This document shows positions 12,051 to 22,871 of a stretch of 38,655 bases of DNA, piece by piece. The position numbers were made by a program, and so were the translations under genes. The notes under the pieces were generated by a model that was not told where the DNA came from, searched no databases, and worked only from the letters and a program-made list of their open reading frames with translations. Where the stretch lies: the NCBI RefSeq assembly GCF_030144855.1, contig NW_026779065.1, positions 124,001-162,655 on the forward strand, in the 5' to 3' direction. Each line of letters opens with the position of its first letter. The stretch's first letter is position 1. This stretch comes from Hypanus sabinus (Eukaryota).

Positions 12051-12586
12051 AGTTCAGACAGAGATCAAAACCAGGCAGAGAAATCCCGAACCCAGAAAAG
12101 GGTAACGGGCAGAGTCGATATTCAGACGGACAGAGCAGAAATAAGAATGCTGAAAAGGCTCAGAAAAATTCACTGGCACAATCTGGCATCCAATAGGTGA
12201 GAACACAGTCTTGATATACACTGAGAAATTAACAGAGAGGCAGATGATAGGTGGAATACAATGAGACAGAAGTTGCAGCAAAACAGATCATCTGTATTTT
12301 ACACAGAGTGTGATTGGTGCGTGGAATCGGCTGCCGGCATCAGTGGGGGAGGCGGGTATTCTCCCGTCTCTATTGAGGCCCTGACGAATCAATATCCGCT
12401 ACAAATCGTCCCAATGTACTGGCCACCAAAGGCGTCCGTGCCGATGAAGTCCACACATTCACCAGCCTCATTCTTTCGAAATTGCTCCCCATCTCTGTTT
12501 CAAAGAGCTAACGGTGTAAAGAATGGAAAATTGAGAATGTTTCCATCCAAAGGTGTGTTAAATGGTCATTACTTCCCTCCGCACAG

Positions 12587-13509
12587 TTAACGTGATGACA
12601 ATTGTCACCCTGTCGCGGGGAAAGTGCGGTCTCTCCAAAGGCGTCACAAAGTACCTGGTAGCCATGGTAGCAGCGGATCAGCTCGTCGTTCTCTTCGATC
12701 TGGTATTGAGCAAGATTCCGATGACATACATTACAGACGAGGTTTTCCTCTGGTCGGAACGTGTTGCCGTGTGCAAAATCCACGCCGTTGTGTTTTACGC
12801 CGCCACGGACTGTTCTGTCTGGTTTACCGTCACGTTCACCTTTGATCGATTTGTCGCCATTTGTTCTCCGAAGCTGAAACGGAAGTACAACACCGGGAGA
12901 GCGGCGGCTCTGGTTCTGGGGACAGTGACTCTTCTGAGTTGCCTAAAGAACGTTTTCTGGTAGTTTTTGCTCGATGGGTCATATTCGCTAATGACTTCGC
13001 CCTTGCTCTGTATGCATTCATTTCGTTTTTCCATGCCTCAGGAGGCAACAATTCTACTGATTCATTTCCTCCTCACCCCAATATCACCCTTTATCTTGAT
13101 TCTCCTTTTAAACTGTTTAACCATCAGGCACATCTTCGTGGCCAGCCGAGCCCGGAGGAGACTCCGTGGTTCGCGCAATGGCGAGACGCCCGCCGACCCG
13201 GAGATGAAGAACCGCAGGCAATCCCTCCTGTTACTGCTGGCGATGTCGGGGAATTTCATCCTGCTGTGGGCGCTGCTGACGGTGTATTCCTTATGGCAAT
13301 GTCTGTATGTTTACATTTACCCGACACCATCCACTTCTCTGCGGGAGCTGGGTTACATGCTGCAAATGCTGAGCTGCTGCACCAACACGGCCCTTTACGC
13401 CGTGGTCCAGGCCAGGTTCAGGGTGCAGCTGAAGGAGACGGTGAAATCTCCCTTCCGTCTGATGACAAAGTTCACTCGGCTTTGTCAGGACCGCATGAAT
13501 CCTCGGTGA
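12587..13509 (+). pseudogene. Class A GPCR (GPR139-like, chondrichthyan-expanded type), main coding exon with one in-frame stop
   Basis: Acceptor CAG at 12584-12586, phase 1. Reads VNVMTIVTLSRGKCGLSK, TM2 LVAMVAADQLV, TM3 FTFDRFVAIC, then TAG at 12961-12963, and continues in the same frame through TM5-7 (LSCCTNTALY) to TGA at 13507-13509. Exon 1 was not found. Confidence 0.9.
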
Positions 13510-13639
13510 CGCGTCTCCCATACCGTCACGAAATATCCTTTTTCGTCAGTGTCATGTGCAGTTGCACTGAGCTGTGGACAAACCCGATTAGCTTCCGCCC
13601 TCCCCAAGATACACAATCAGGGACGTGTTCCGAATCTGA

Positions 13640-14020
13640 CCACTGTGTTCCTTCCAGTTGACTTTCTCTAAGATTTGTTGACCTGGCCTGGTGGTATGAA
13701 CACTGAATTCTCCAATTTCCGGTAATTCTCTACCCCGACCCCTTCACGTATCCCAGGTCCCTCTGTGCCTCTCTCCACTTTCAAATTTCTGCTTCATCGT
13801 CTCCGCAGTTCTTTCATGCTTATCCCCACCCTTCCCGCCTTTATCTTTCCTCTGGTTGGTTTTCCACCGTCCACTAACCCCTCCACTATCTCTATTACTG
13901 GGCTTCGGTCCTCTCTCCCCACCTCCCATTCCTGATGAATGGTCTCGGCCCGAAAAGTTGGCTGCTCCTTTCTCACGGATGCTGTCTGACCTGTTCAGTT
14001 CTTCCAGCGTTGTGTACGTA
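13640..14020 (+). mobile_element. Penelope-like element terminal region
   Basis: Pyrimidine-rich tract, then a hammerhead core, then the GATGCTGTCTGACCTG tail. Confidence 0.5.
13926..13964 (+). ncRNA. Degenerate minimal type I hammerhead ribozyme
   Basis: CATTC-CTGATGA (13932-13938)-ATGGTCTCGGCCC-GAAA (13952-13955)-A-GTT-GGCTG. Core boxes are intact, but stem I and stem III are mismatched. Confidence 0.55.
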
Positions 14021-15959
14021 TTCTAGCATTATCTGCATGAGAAACTTTAACATCAGAATCGCAATACGACCCTTGTGCCCTGCCGGTATTCCGTGCGGCC
14101 CGAGCACCTGCTCAGGTAAGGCCGGTATCGCTCCTTCTGTTTATTCTACCGAGATTTTTTGTTTCCAAGAGCCCCAGCCTTTGAACTGTTCGGGAACACT
14201 GGGTACCGTGGACCGGATCCATTTGATCCGGGCTCCTTGGGAATCCGTCTGTAACCTTGAGAATAATTCAGTAACTCGCACTCGCCAAACCACCCGCCCA
14301 GTGGCAGTGACAGCGCTTCTCCTCATAGATGCTGTCTGGCCTGCTGTGCTCCAACAGCATTTTGTGTGGGTCGCCCAATCGCCGTTCGTCCAGTTCCAGC
14401 AGCAACTGTCATCGCAATGCCTTATGGTAAATAAAATACATTCTTAGATACTTTGTGCAGCAATGGTCCAATCTGTCTATTTGGATTCAGTACAGTGGGT
14501 AGGTGGGAAGGTGATTGCTGAGGTAAAGCAAAGCATGTCAATGTATTTATTGAGTTCGGGACGAAATGTGAGATGCTCTCAGAAGTAGGGCTCCAGCATT
14601 AATACCTTCAGTTGGTCTGGGTACATCAGCGCTTTTACCCACTGCTCCGTCAGGAATATCATCTTGCACTGGAGTATTTCTCCTGAGATACTGATTGGTA
14701 CGGAACCTCTCCGAAACGCCGACGCGCATCTTTAGTTCATGTTCGACGGTGACTTTTTGTTCTTTTTTCCGGGGTTTGTGATACACTTTACTGACTCGGA
14801 TGCATGTGGCTTAGTAGACTAGTAATCTTTCAGACGACACACATAAAACCATTTACTCTGAGACAGACACAAAGTGACGGAGGTTCTTCGGGCATTAATT
14901 TCAAAGTAACTCCACAGAGCACGGCCTCTACATAGAGAGTAGTGGGAGCATGGGGTTCACCTCCTGGGGTGGTGGTGGAGGCACTAAGACCAATGACCTT
15001 GAAGACATACTGAAACAGACATGAGCCTAGGAAGAAGTTCTGATTGCCAATTACTTTTCATTTATCCTCCCGGATTTCCTAATTCTGCCTCGAGATCCCC
15101 ACGTTCATGCGGATTTTTGTATGTTCCCCTTGTGACCTTGTTGGGCTTCCTCCGGATAATCCAAAATCACGCGGGTTCAGTGGATTATTTGGACGTAAGC
15201 GTGATCCTCTCTGGCCAAACGCTAATTTTGGGGTTGCAGCTGCAGGGGTGCAGGGGGCGCTGTTGCACAATGATACACTGGAGTTGATTCATCATCAGGT
15301 TTAATTGGGCTGCCTGTGGTTTTCTGAGCTGACGGCTGTTCAGCTTACTGACGTTTCGAAGATAGTTCTGCTTATTTTTGTGCTTGTCTATCTATCTATC
15401 TATCTATCTATCTGCTTTTTGATCGATTACTTTCTTTGTCTATTTCCTGATTTTCTTAACTGCTTGCTTTCTTTCTTTTTAAATACAGTCCTTCGAGACG
15501 CTCCACCCGCCCACCTCAGATTTAATCCCCGTGTAATAACGGCGCATTTTGCAACCGGCAATTAGCCTACTAACCATGAATTCAGTGGACTGCGGAAAGA
15601 AAGCGGAGCAGAGTGGGAAAACGAAGAAACTTCTTTCGAACAGCAGCGTCACCTGATGTACCTGATGTCCCTCTCCCGCCACTCTTGAGCCTCTTCTCCC
15701 CCACACGCCACTGATCTGTTCATTCACAATCTCGCGCTTCCTTCATCTTATTTTCTTCTTGCTTCTATCCCTTCTCTCCTCTCCCCCACTTACAGCCCTG
15801 CTCCTCATCCCATTCATCAACTTGCCTTTCACATCCAATTCCGGTCCCTGTCCATCAGTGTTTTTCCCACTGAGCTCAAATATGGCCGCTGTAGTTATGG
15901 AACCACTTTCTCGGGGAAATAAAGTACTTACTTCGACCTTTACAATTTTATAAACCCGT

Positions 15960-16236
15960 ATGTCGTCAGCCGCTCCAGTGAAAATAAACACAGCCGATCC
16001 ATCTTCAATCGATCTGCTGTCGTCCTATCCAGGAAACGTAACAATGAATATCTCCTCCTCTCTTTCTATTGTCGCACAAGTTTCCTGTCCACGCTATGTG
16101 CAATATTCCGATTCAGGTCCAATGCACCTTCAGTTCAGCACAAAATCTTACACCTTACGCTCAGTGCCCTCGACAAGGAAGGGGAGGGCGTTTCTCCTTT
16201 CTCAGCGACGATGGTAACCGGACGCAGTAACGTCCC
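15960..16236 (-). pseudogene. Decayed V-like relic V0 (V1 family?)
   Basis: Good acceptor TTATTTTAACTCACAG. Frame gives NALPFLVEGTERKV* versus V1 MALSCNVEGSSTYNVY, and SRSIEDGSAV versus SRQVNHSAV. DNA TCGGCTGTGTTTATTTTCACTGGAGC resembles V1 TCGGCCGTGTATTTCTGCGCCTGGAGT. Five stops, no RSS. Confidence 0.4.
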
Positions 16237-16543
16237 CTGTGAGTTAAAATAATCCTGACATCAAACTATGGACGGCGAAATCCGCAGGGGTAATTTTTAT
16301 TGTAAATGCGATCACAAGCAAAAACAAAAATAAATCCGGTTTACCAATAATAGTTCCATTAATTGCAGGACTTTCGAAAAGCAGGAAGAGCGTCTCTTCC
16401 GGAAAAGAGCAGGTAACGGAAGCGTCGACTCAGGGAAGAATGAAAGGAGCGTCTGTTTAATGAAATTCCACTGCTTCATTTCCACATCATATTCACGTAA
16501 ATCGTTGTCCGTCCGGGGCTTGTAGGAGAGCGCTGGGGGTGCA

Positions 16544-16553
16544 TGACGTCACA
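16544..16553 (-). promoter_or_regulatory. CRE / V-beta decamer-like element upstream of relic V0
   Basis: Minus strand TGTGACGTCA contains the palindromic TGACGTCA and is a 9/10 match to AGTGAYRTCA. Confidence 0.45.
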
Positions 16554-16733
16554 ATGCTGATGTAAGAGCTGGCATCTTGCCAGAAGCTTGGCCATCTGCT
16601 CTCTCACCGTTGTTACAAATCCCCTTCAGCTTCCAGTCTACACCGCGTTTCCTCTGCCAAATGCAAAGGTAGACAAGACGCGACCACACGGCCAAGTGTG
16701 CTTGCTCAGTCACGCCTTTTACAGGCAGCCTGG

Positions 16734-16772
16734 GGTTTTTGTCGAGCTCTCCCCTCTCGACGCGTCACTGTT
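16734..16772 (-). promoter_or_regulatory. 23-RSS of V1 with mutated heptamer
   Basis: AACAGTG + 23 nt + ACAAAAACC. The first base of the invariant CAC is changed. Confidence 0.92.
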
Positions 16773-17068
16773 TAGACTCCAGGCGCAGAAATACACGGCC
16801 GAGTGATTCACCTGCCGGCTATTGGTCATCAGGTTGTACTCGTTCTTTTTAAGCGTCTGCAGGGTAAATCCATCGGCTTTCTCGTCTGGTTTCTTAATGA
16901 TAGCACCCTTGTTTTTGAACATGAACTGCGGTCCCTGCCCCGGGTACTGGCGGTACCAGTACACGTTATAAGTGCTGCTGCCCTCCACGTTGCAGGACAG
17001 CGCCATCGGATTCCGCGGATATCCGGAAAAAGCCGGAGGAGACTGCCGGATAGTTTGCGAGTTCGCGG
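16773..17068 (-). CDS. TRBV: TCR V exon V1 (TRBV30-like), open frame
   Basis: Acceptor CTCTTCCCCAG, phase 1. ANSQTIRQSPPAFSGYPRNPMALSCNVEGSSTYNVYWYRQYPGQGPQFMF...NHSAVYFCAWSL has both Cys, the WYRQ motif and the CAWS ending. Confidence 0.88.
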
Positions 17069-17407
17069 CTGGGGAAGAGAGGAGCAGAGTATGACGTCAG
17101 TAGGCAGGTACTCTCTGATCATGGAGAAAGGGAGCAGAGAGGGAGAAGGAGAAATGCGGGAAGCAGAGGCATATGGGGAAAAAGAGAAAGAGACGGGGAA
17201 GTTATAGAGAGAGTGAGAAAATAGTATAAAATAAATATAATTGGATGGACTATGATAATTAACAAAACAGCTCAGCGATACAAAAAGTGAGCAAAGACCA
17301 TGATAGAGAACGATGGGGAAACATATAGTGCAAGAGTAAACATAGCACAGAAAGGGAAGTTCAGAACTGCTTCCTTAAACTACTCACAAATTCAAGCTGT
17401 CCTTTAC

Positions 17408-17444
17408 CCTGAAGCCAGATCAGCAGCTCGAATAACGCGAACAT
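17408..17444 (-). CDS. TRBV: Leader exon of V1
   Basis: ATG..MFALFELLIWLQ + G|GTAAAG is 37 nt, phase 1, and splices in frame to the V exon. Confidence 0.8.
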
Positions 17445-17530
17445 CTTTCAACTTAGGCAGTTTCTTCCAAGCGGAAGGGCGTTCGGAATGAACTTGTCAC
17501 TGTGAACGGACGAAGCTCCGCCCCTCAACC

Positions 17531-17540
17531 ATACGTCACT
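17531..17540 (-). promoter_or_regulatory. Decamer/CRE-like promoter element of V1
   Basis: AGTGACGTAT about 90 bp upstream of the ATG, next to a GC box (CCGCCCC, 17518-17524). Confidence 0.5.
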
Positions 17541-18049
17541 GAGTAGCGAGACTGGAAGCTTTGAGTTTGAATGGTGTCGGGATCAATACATTTACAGATT
17601 CGGATGTCAGTCGAGAGGCTGGGCCCCAGTCCAAGTTCAGCAGGAAAACAGTAGCTATCCTCTCAGTCCTGGACACGACGATCTGAATTCAATGTCACAA
17701 ATTTAGCCATCGTACCGTTTTGGGAGGCTCGGAGGAGAATATAAGCAGGGAGGTACCGATTACGTTCAGCAGCAAGACTGATTAATTTCGTATATGGTGG
17801 TCCAAAGTGCGTTTTCCCGAGTTGTTCGTGAATTGCAAATAGCTGAGTTGTAGATTATGTATTACAGACGCTGATCTCTCGGCCCACAAGTTTATTGCTT
17901 GAGAGGTTTAGACGGCAGCGTCGTCTGCTAGCGCATTACTGAAACAGACCCTTCGGTCCAACTGGCTCCCGTTCAGCCACCCAGTCACCGCATCACACAA
18001 GACCACGTGTTCTGAACCACCAGATTCATGTCTCACGTGCGCTCACTGT

Positions 18050-18400
18050 AGTTGTCTCCATCTCTTTCCCTTGGTCTCCATTTGTCCTTCTCGCATTTTC
18101 ACAGCAACTTTTCGTTTCATTTTCTTTCCTTCTCCTTGGTCTCTATGCCCGTTCATCTTCTCTCTCTTCCCCTCTCTCTCCATCTCTCTCTCCTTTTCTC
18201 TAGTTTTCTCTCTCGCTGTCTCTATCTATCATCCACTCTTATTCCTCTCTCTCACTACTTCTCTCTCTTTTTTTCTCTCGCTGTGTGTCTCTTTCTCTCT
18301 CCCCACCCCCCTCCTCTCGTTTAATTCAGCTTTCCGTCTTGCTGTTTCACTTTCACTCCATCTCATCTCTGCGTCCGGTGATCTTTATTGAATAACTTCT
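18050..18400 (+). repeat. CT-rich low-complexity tract (V2 intron)
   Basis: Mixed (CT)n/(CTT) sequence ending at the V2 acceptor. Confidence 0.85.
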
Positions 18401-18422
18401 TCTTCCCGCGTTCTATTACCAG

Positions 18423-18718
18423 ATGCGAGTTCGGAGATTACGCGCCATACCCCCTCCGCTGTTTCTCAGTCTCTCGGCGAGGCGGTGACACTCCAATGCA
18501 TCATTGAGGACGGCAGAACTTATCAACTATACTGGTACAGAAAGTACCCGGGGAAGGAGCCGCAGAACCTATTCTACTCCACGGCTGCTCCAAACGTGAT
18601 CCCGGACACGGAGGTAGAGTAGTTCACCGCCAACCTGCCGAGTGACGCCGCCTTCAGTCTAAGCGCCTCTCGCCTGCAGCTGAACCACACGGCCACATAT
18701 TTCAGCTCTCTCAGTCTG
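18423..18718 (+). pseudogene. TRBV: TCR V pseudogene V2
   Basis: Acceptor ..TTACCAG. ..LGEAVTLQCIIEDGRTYQLYWYRKYPGKEPQNLFYS.., TAG at 18620-18622, and the second Cys is replaced by Ser (AGC at 18704-18706). Leader not identified. Confidence 0.88.
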
Positions 18719-18757
18719 CACAGCGACTGACGACGATGGAGGACCCGAGAAACACTT
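18719..18757 (+). promoter_or_regulatory. Degenerate 23-RSS of V2
   Basis: CACAGCG + 23 nt + GAAACACTT (poor nonamer). Confidence 0.7.
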
Positions 18758-19047
18758 AACAGGGCAGTTGGTGGCGACATTAATTCACATTGAAAGCGAA
18801 TAGTTCACAGTCTGAAAGGGAAAATTCAGACAGCGGCACGACAAAAACGGCAAGCAGCATGATGCCGAGGCAGCCGATTATTCCAGTTTTTTCAGATACT
18901 TAGGATCCACTTACAGTGGCAAGCCCCCTTTGTTTTCTCGTGAGTTGTTCTGGCTGCCTCGCCAAATTGCAAACAGGTTGCTGGTTAACTTTAATGTCAG
19001 CATGTCCTTCTTTGTCTCCTTTCTGATCCTGAGGATGATCCGAGTCT

Positions 19048-19061
19048 GCCGCAGGGGGCGC
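19048..19061 (+). promoter_or_regulatory. CTCF-like motif
   Basis: GCCGCAGGGGGCGC is 12/14 to CCASYAGRKGGCRS. It lies in a 35-bp context shared with 24439-24470. Confidence 0.5.
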
Positions 19062-19077
19062 TGTTGAACTGCGAATG

Positions 19078-19319
19078 CAGAATCCTCGGTCGGAATAGCA
19101 CCTGCGTTTTGAAAGCCTCTCGCTGAAGCTGGCGTCCTGAATCATTTACTAACATCGGGTTCGTGGATTCCATTCTCAGGGCTTCATGAGAGGCAGGCAT
19201 TTCGTCATAGTTTCCCGGATAACCGTTACCTTTTCAATGAGAAAAACGTGATATTCGACATTCAGACCCCCCGCCCACTATCCTTCCCCTAGTCTATGTC
19301 TCAGTAACACCTCCCATGT
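19078..19319 (-). pseudogene. Decayed V-like relic Va
   Basis: Acceptor CACTATCACAG after an AT/pyrimidine-rich tract. C..*..YPG in phase-1 frame, and patchy homology to 24491-24744. Confidence 0.3.
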
Positions 19320-19689
19320 CTGTGATAGTGAAATGCAATAGAATAAATAAAAAAAAAGAACAGGTAATGGCCGAAAGAAGAAAGGCTATGTAAATACAAC
19401 AAATAACTGAATGTATAGTTAAATAGATACTGATAGATAAATATAAAGATTGATAGATACATTCTAGATAAATGAATAAATAATACTGAGATCGGGTGCA
19501 GTGTTGCGATCAGAGAACTTAACATACACTGATACGGGAATCTGATGGCGAAAAGGAAATGATCGTTCCTGAACCTGCTGGTGCAGGATCTAAGGTTCCC
19601 GTATCTCCAGCCCAACTCCAGCGAACATAACCTGGGATGGATGGCAACAGCCATGTCGATTGATGCTGCTCGCTGTTGAGGGAAGGGAG

Positions 19690-19860
19690 AAAGAAGATAT
19701 AAGTGTGCGCGTGCGTGGAAATGTTTCTCCGTCCTTCACTTGAGGACTTGGGTTTCCTCTGGGTGTTCCGGTTTCCACTCAAAAGATCAAAGTACCGGTT
19801 AGTAGGTTCATTGTCCTGTGAGTAGGGAAGTGTTAAAGTAGACTGGTTACAGGGCGACAC
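19690..19860 (+). mobile_element. SINE-like (HE1/V-SINE-type) remnant
   Basis: GGGTTTCCTCTGGGTGTTCCGGTTTCC..AAAGA..GGTTAGTAGGTT resembles the V-SINE central domain. Confidence 0.45.
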
Positions 19861-20989
19861 GACTCGGTTTGGTCGGAAGCAGCTTTTCTGTGCTTTACGT
19901 CCAGATAAATACCTCGGAGCACGACGCTCTCTGGCTCCCCGCACAGGCCCGGAGAGCTCATTACAGGCTGTAACTGGCTCGTGTTGCCGCCGTCTCGTTT
20001 ATCCAGCTGGCGGTGTTTTATCGCGACAGCCACTGAATGTCCAGAGTTACGCATGCAATACGAGTTCTCTCTGTCATCATACGGGCTCATATGCGTGAAG
20101 TGGTATATTTATCCGACAATAAGCCGCCTCTCTGCTGCCCGGTTTCCTGGACCATGGACGTTGACTTTACTTTCATAGGCATGTCAAGGTGAATTTCGCG
20201 TCGAAGCTTAATTTTAATTGTTACTGAAACATATATCGATCCCCATTATTAGAGCCAAACGCGACAGTATAACACCGGGGCCAGGATGACAGCCACAGTA
20301 CCATCAATCACACAAAACACAGGGTGAAATAAGGTCACCTGAAATATATATTCTAACAGTCACCTGTTCATGGAACCTGCTGTCCGACACAATACAACGT
20401 TTTGTCTGCCGGGTGGACGCTGGGGGGCAGCACCGACTGAAACCTCGACGCCGCACCACACTGACTGCGGTGGAGCTTACGGACTCCGACACTTCTCTGC
20501 CGGTCGGGTGTCAACGGACGTCACCGTGGCTTCAGGCCGAGTCTATTGTCCTACCGAGGCCACGTACTTTCCACGCTGTTCGCTCCTACGGTCTGCTGAC
20601 AAATCAGTGAATCCAATTTTGCTGCCTTCCACGTTAGCATTTTCCTACAGGACACAAGAAAGCGATTACTGTGATCAGTCACTGTTAGACTGCACATCTC
20701 CTTCGGGCACCGATACCTCCGGCGCCTCTCTGACACAGGCCGTACCACGTCCAGATTCTCTGTCAAGGGCTACACGCTCATGGGGTAGACCTGGTTTTCC
20801 AGAAATATTAATGTCCCGCAGGGTCTTCTGTAACGAAAACGAAAAAAAAGTTTTAAAAGGACAATATGGAGGCCTTCTGCCGCCCATCCACGTCAAGCTT
20901 CGACATTCGTGCAGATCTTCTGACCTCTACTCTTGAAATGTGTGGTTGTTTGAGTATCCACAGGGGGAGCTGACTCAGGAAGGCAAAGA

Positions 20990-21520
20990 ACACCATGAAA
21001 GAACCCCCCCCCTCCCACCAGCACCACCACCATCCGGTCTGTGCCTTCTCCCCGCACCTTCCACCGGGGAGGAGGAAGAGAAGCTGAAGTCCCTACACCA
21101 CATCGTTCAGGAGCAGCGACTTCCCTTCAACCATCCGGTTCCTGAACCGTCCGGCCCAGCCCGGATCGATCCCTCAGTACAGCGAAACTGTGACCACTTG
21201 ACAAAAAGGTGGACTTTGATTCCGATGCCTCCTGTACCAGAAAAGTAGCCACTGCCTGTCTGGCCCTTTTCTTCTGCCGCCCTCGCACATCCACTTCCTT
21301 AAAACAACCAGCGTAATGAAAGATCCCAGGCACCACTCGAGCAGCTTCCCTCCCGTTTGACCTCCGACTCTCCAACAGGCCGTTTCTACGAGAGGAGGCT
21401 GCAATAATGTGGACTCTCCACATCACAACCTACCCAATTATGGTCCGAATGGTCCAGGTACTCTGTTTAACTCCAGACTCGTGGCACCACAAGCTACCCT
21501 GAGATTAAATTCCGGGCATT
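20990..21520. mobile_element. Two Rex1/Babar-like LINE fragments in opposite orientation
   Basis: Plus copy about 20990-21170 (HP..F..GRR..SL); minus copy about 21270-21520 (LLESRRSNGRE..RVV). Confidence 0.5.
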
Positions 21521-21616
21521 TACAGCAGATGCGTTAAAATATATCAATAGAGCCAATGAAAAAACATGAACAAACAATTTGTAAATTTGTAAATTTGGAA
21601 CCTAATTCCCATGGTT

Positions 21617-22090
21617 ATTCCTGGGATGTCCGGACTGTTTAACGCAGAGAGGTTAGAGAGACTGCACTTGTACACGCTGGAATTAAGGAGATTGAGAGGG
21701 GATCTGATTGCAACTTATAAGATTATTAATGGATTGGACAACACGGAGGCAGGAAATATGTTCCAGATGCTGGGAGAGTCCAGTACCAGAGGGCATGTTT
21801 TAAGAATAAGGTGTAAGTCATTTCGGACAAAGTTAAGGAAAAACGTCTTCTCCCAGAGAGTTGTCGGGCTGTGGAATGAACTACCTCGGAAGGCAGTGGA
21901 GGCCAATTCTATGGATGCTTTCAAGAAGGAGCTAGATAGGTATCTTATGGATAGGGGAATCAAGGGATATGGGGACAAAACAGGAACCGGGTATTTATAG
22001 TAGATGATCAGCCATTATCTCAGAATGGCGGTGCAGGCTCGAAGGGCCGAATGGTCAACTTCTGCACCTATTGTCTATCGTCTATTGTTA
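21617..22090 (+). mobile_element. 5'-truncated CR1 LINE 3' end (relatively young)
   Basis: Open IPGMSGL..ERLERLHLYTLELRRLRGDLIATYKI..TRGH..FSQRVVGLWNELP, followed by the CR1 3' UTR and CTAT-type tail. Confidence 0.9.
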
Positions 22091-22202
22091 TTTCCTCCCA
22101 GCCTGGAATCATCCAGACTTGCCTGTAGCGCAAGCGTGGAACTCGGGTCTCATCACAGCTTGTCAGCACTGTCAACCGCTCCAAAGAGGCAAATATATTT
22201 GC

Positions 22203-22231
22203 GGAAGTGACACGATTGTCACGGAGCCAAT
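22203..22231 (+). promoter_or_regulatory. V3 promoter module (ETS GGAAGT + TGAC/GTCA half-sites + CCAAT)
   Basis: GGAAGTGACACGATTGTCACGGAGCCAAT starts 127 bp before the ATG, with a paralog at 35750-35776. Confidence 0.6.
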
Positions 22232-22329
22232 GGGAGAATTGCTTTCTCAGGCCACGCAGATAGACTTCCCCATGAGCCGAAAGGGAACATCACTCGATTC
22301 CACACAGCGGAGGTATCCTCGCGCTGTAA

Positions 22330-22381
22330 ATGATGCTGACGGCCAGACTGTGCATTCCGCTGATCGCGGCGGTGATCCCGC
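22330..22381 (+). CDS. TRBV: Leader exon of V3
   Basis: MMLTARLCIPLIAAVIP + C|GTAAGT is 52 nt, phase 1, and homologous to the V4 and V5 leaders. An N-gap lies in the intron. Confidence 0.8.
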
Positions 22382-22871
22382 GTAAGTTAAAATCGCAGGT
22401 CTGGGGTCAGGGGGTGTAAAATGCCCTTTGTGGAACGGCGAGGTGCAGTATCGAACGTGGTTCTTCTTGGTAGATTTTCTCCCCAAGAGGCCAATGATTT
22501 GATGTATCCCGTTCAACAAATGACAAAGTGTTTCATGACAGATAAATATGTAACGCGCTTGTCAGAGTTACCATCTGTGGGGTCCTTCAGTTCTGCCACG
22601 AAGCTCTGAGAGGATATCAGGGGTTTCTTGTAGGATGCAAGGGGAATTGAACTCAGAACAAATGTGTGCTTGTTAAACGGCATTTTACCCCGGTTACTCA
22701 ATACGGTGAGATGGATCAGGTTTTGCCCGAGTTCGAATAAATGTGCGTCAGCGCTTTCGTGCGTTTGGCTGCCTCATCTCACAGCAGTTCGTTGTGTTGA
22801 TCTCAGAGCGGCCGGTGTCTTTCGGGAATACAAGCCACTTCTCCGCAGACATTGTGTTTGCGTGTCAGTGA

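Noticed and set aside
12146-12200. Possible GPCR exon 1 ending ATAG|GTGAGA
   Set aside because: No YYPxLAxxGxP-like TM1 start, and stops in the required frame.
14752-14830. J-like 12-RSS (ACTTTTTGT-13-GTTTGTG)
   Set aside because: Poor heptamer, 13-nt spacer, and no FGxG motif or good donor downstream.
18028-18080. Possible V2 leader (ATGTCTCAC...)
   Set aside because: In-frame stop, weak hydrophobicity and no consensus donor.
18806-18849. Second RSS-like CACAGTC...ACAAAAACG after V2
   Set aside because: The spacer is 28 nt, incompatible with the 12/23 rule.
20300-20936. 188-aa ORF with Ig-like fragments on both strands (TLTAVELTDSDT; RCIVSDSRFHEQVTVRIYISG)
   Set aside because: No consistent Cys-Trp-Cys spacing, exon size or RSS; the matches are short enough to be chance.
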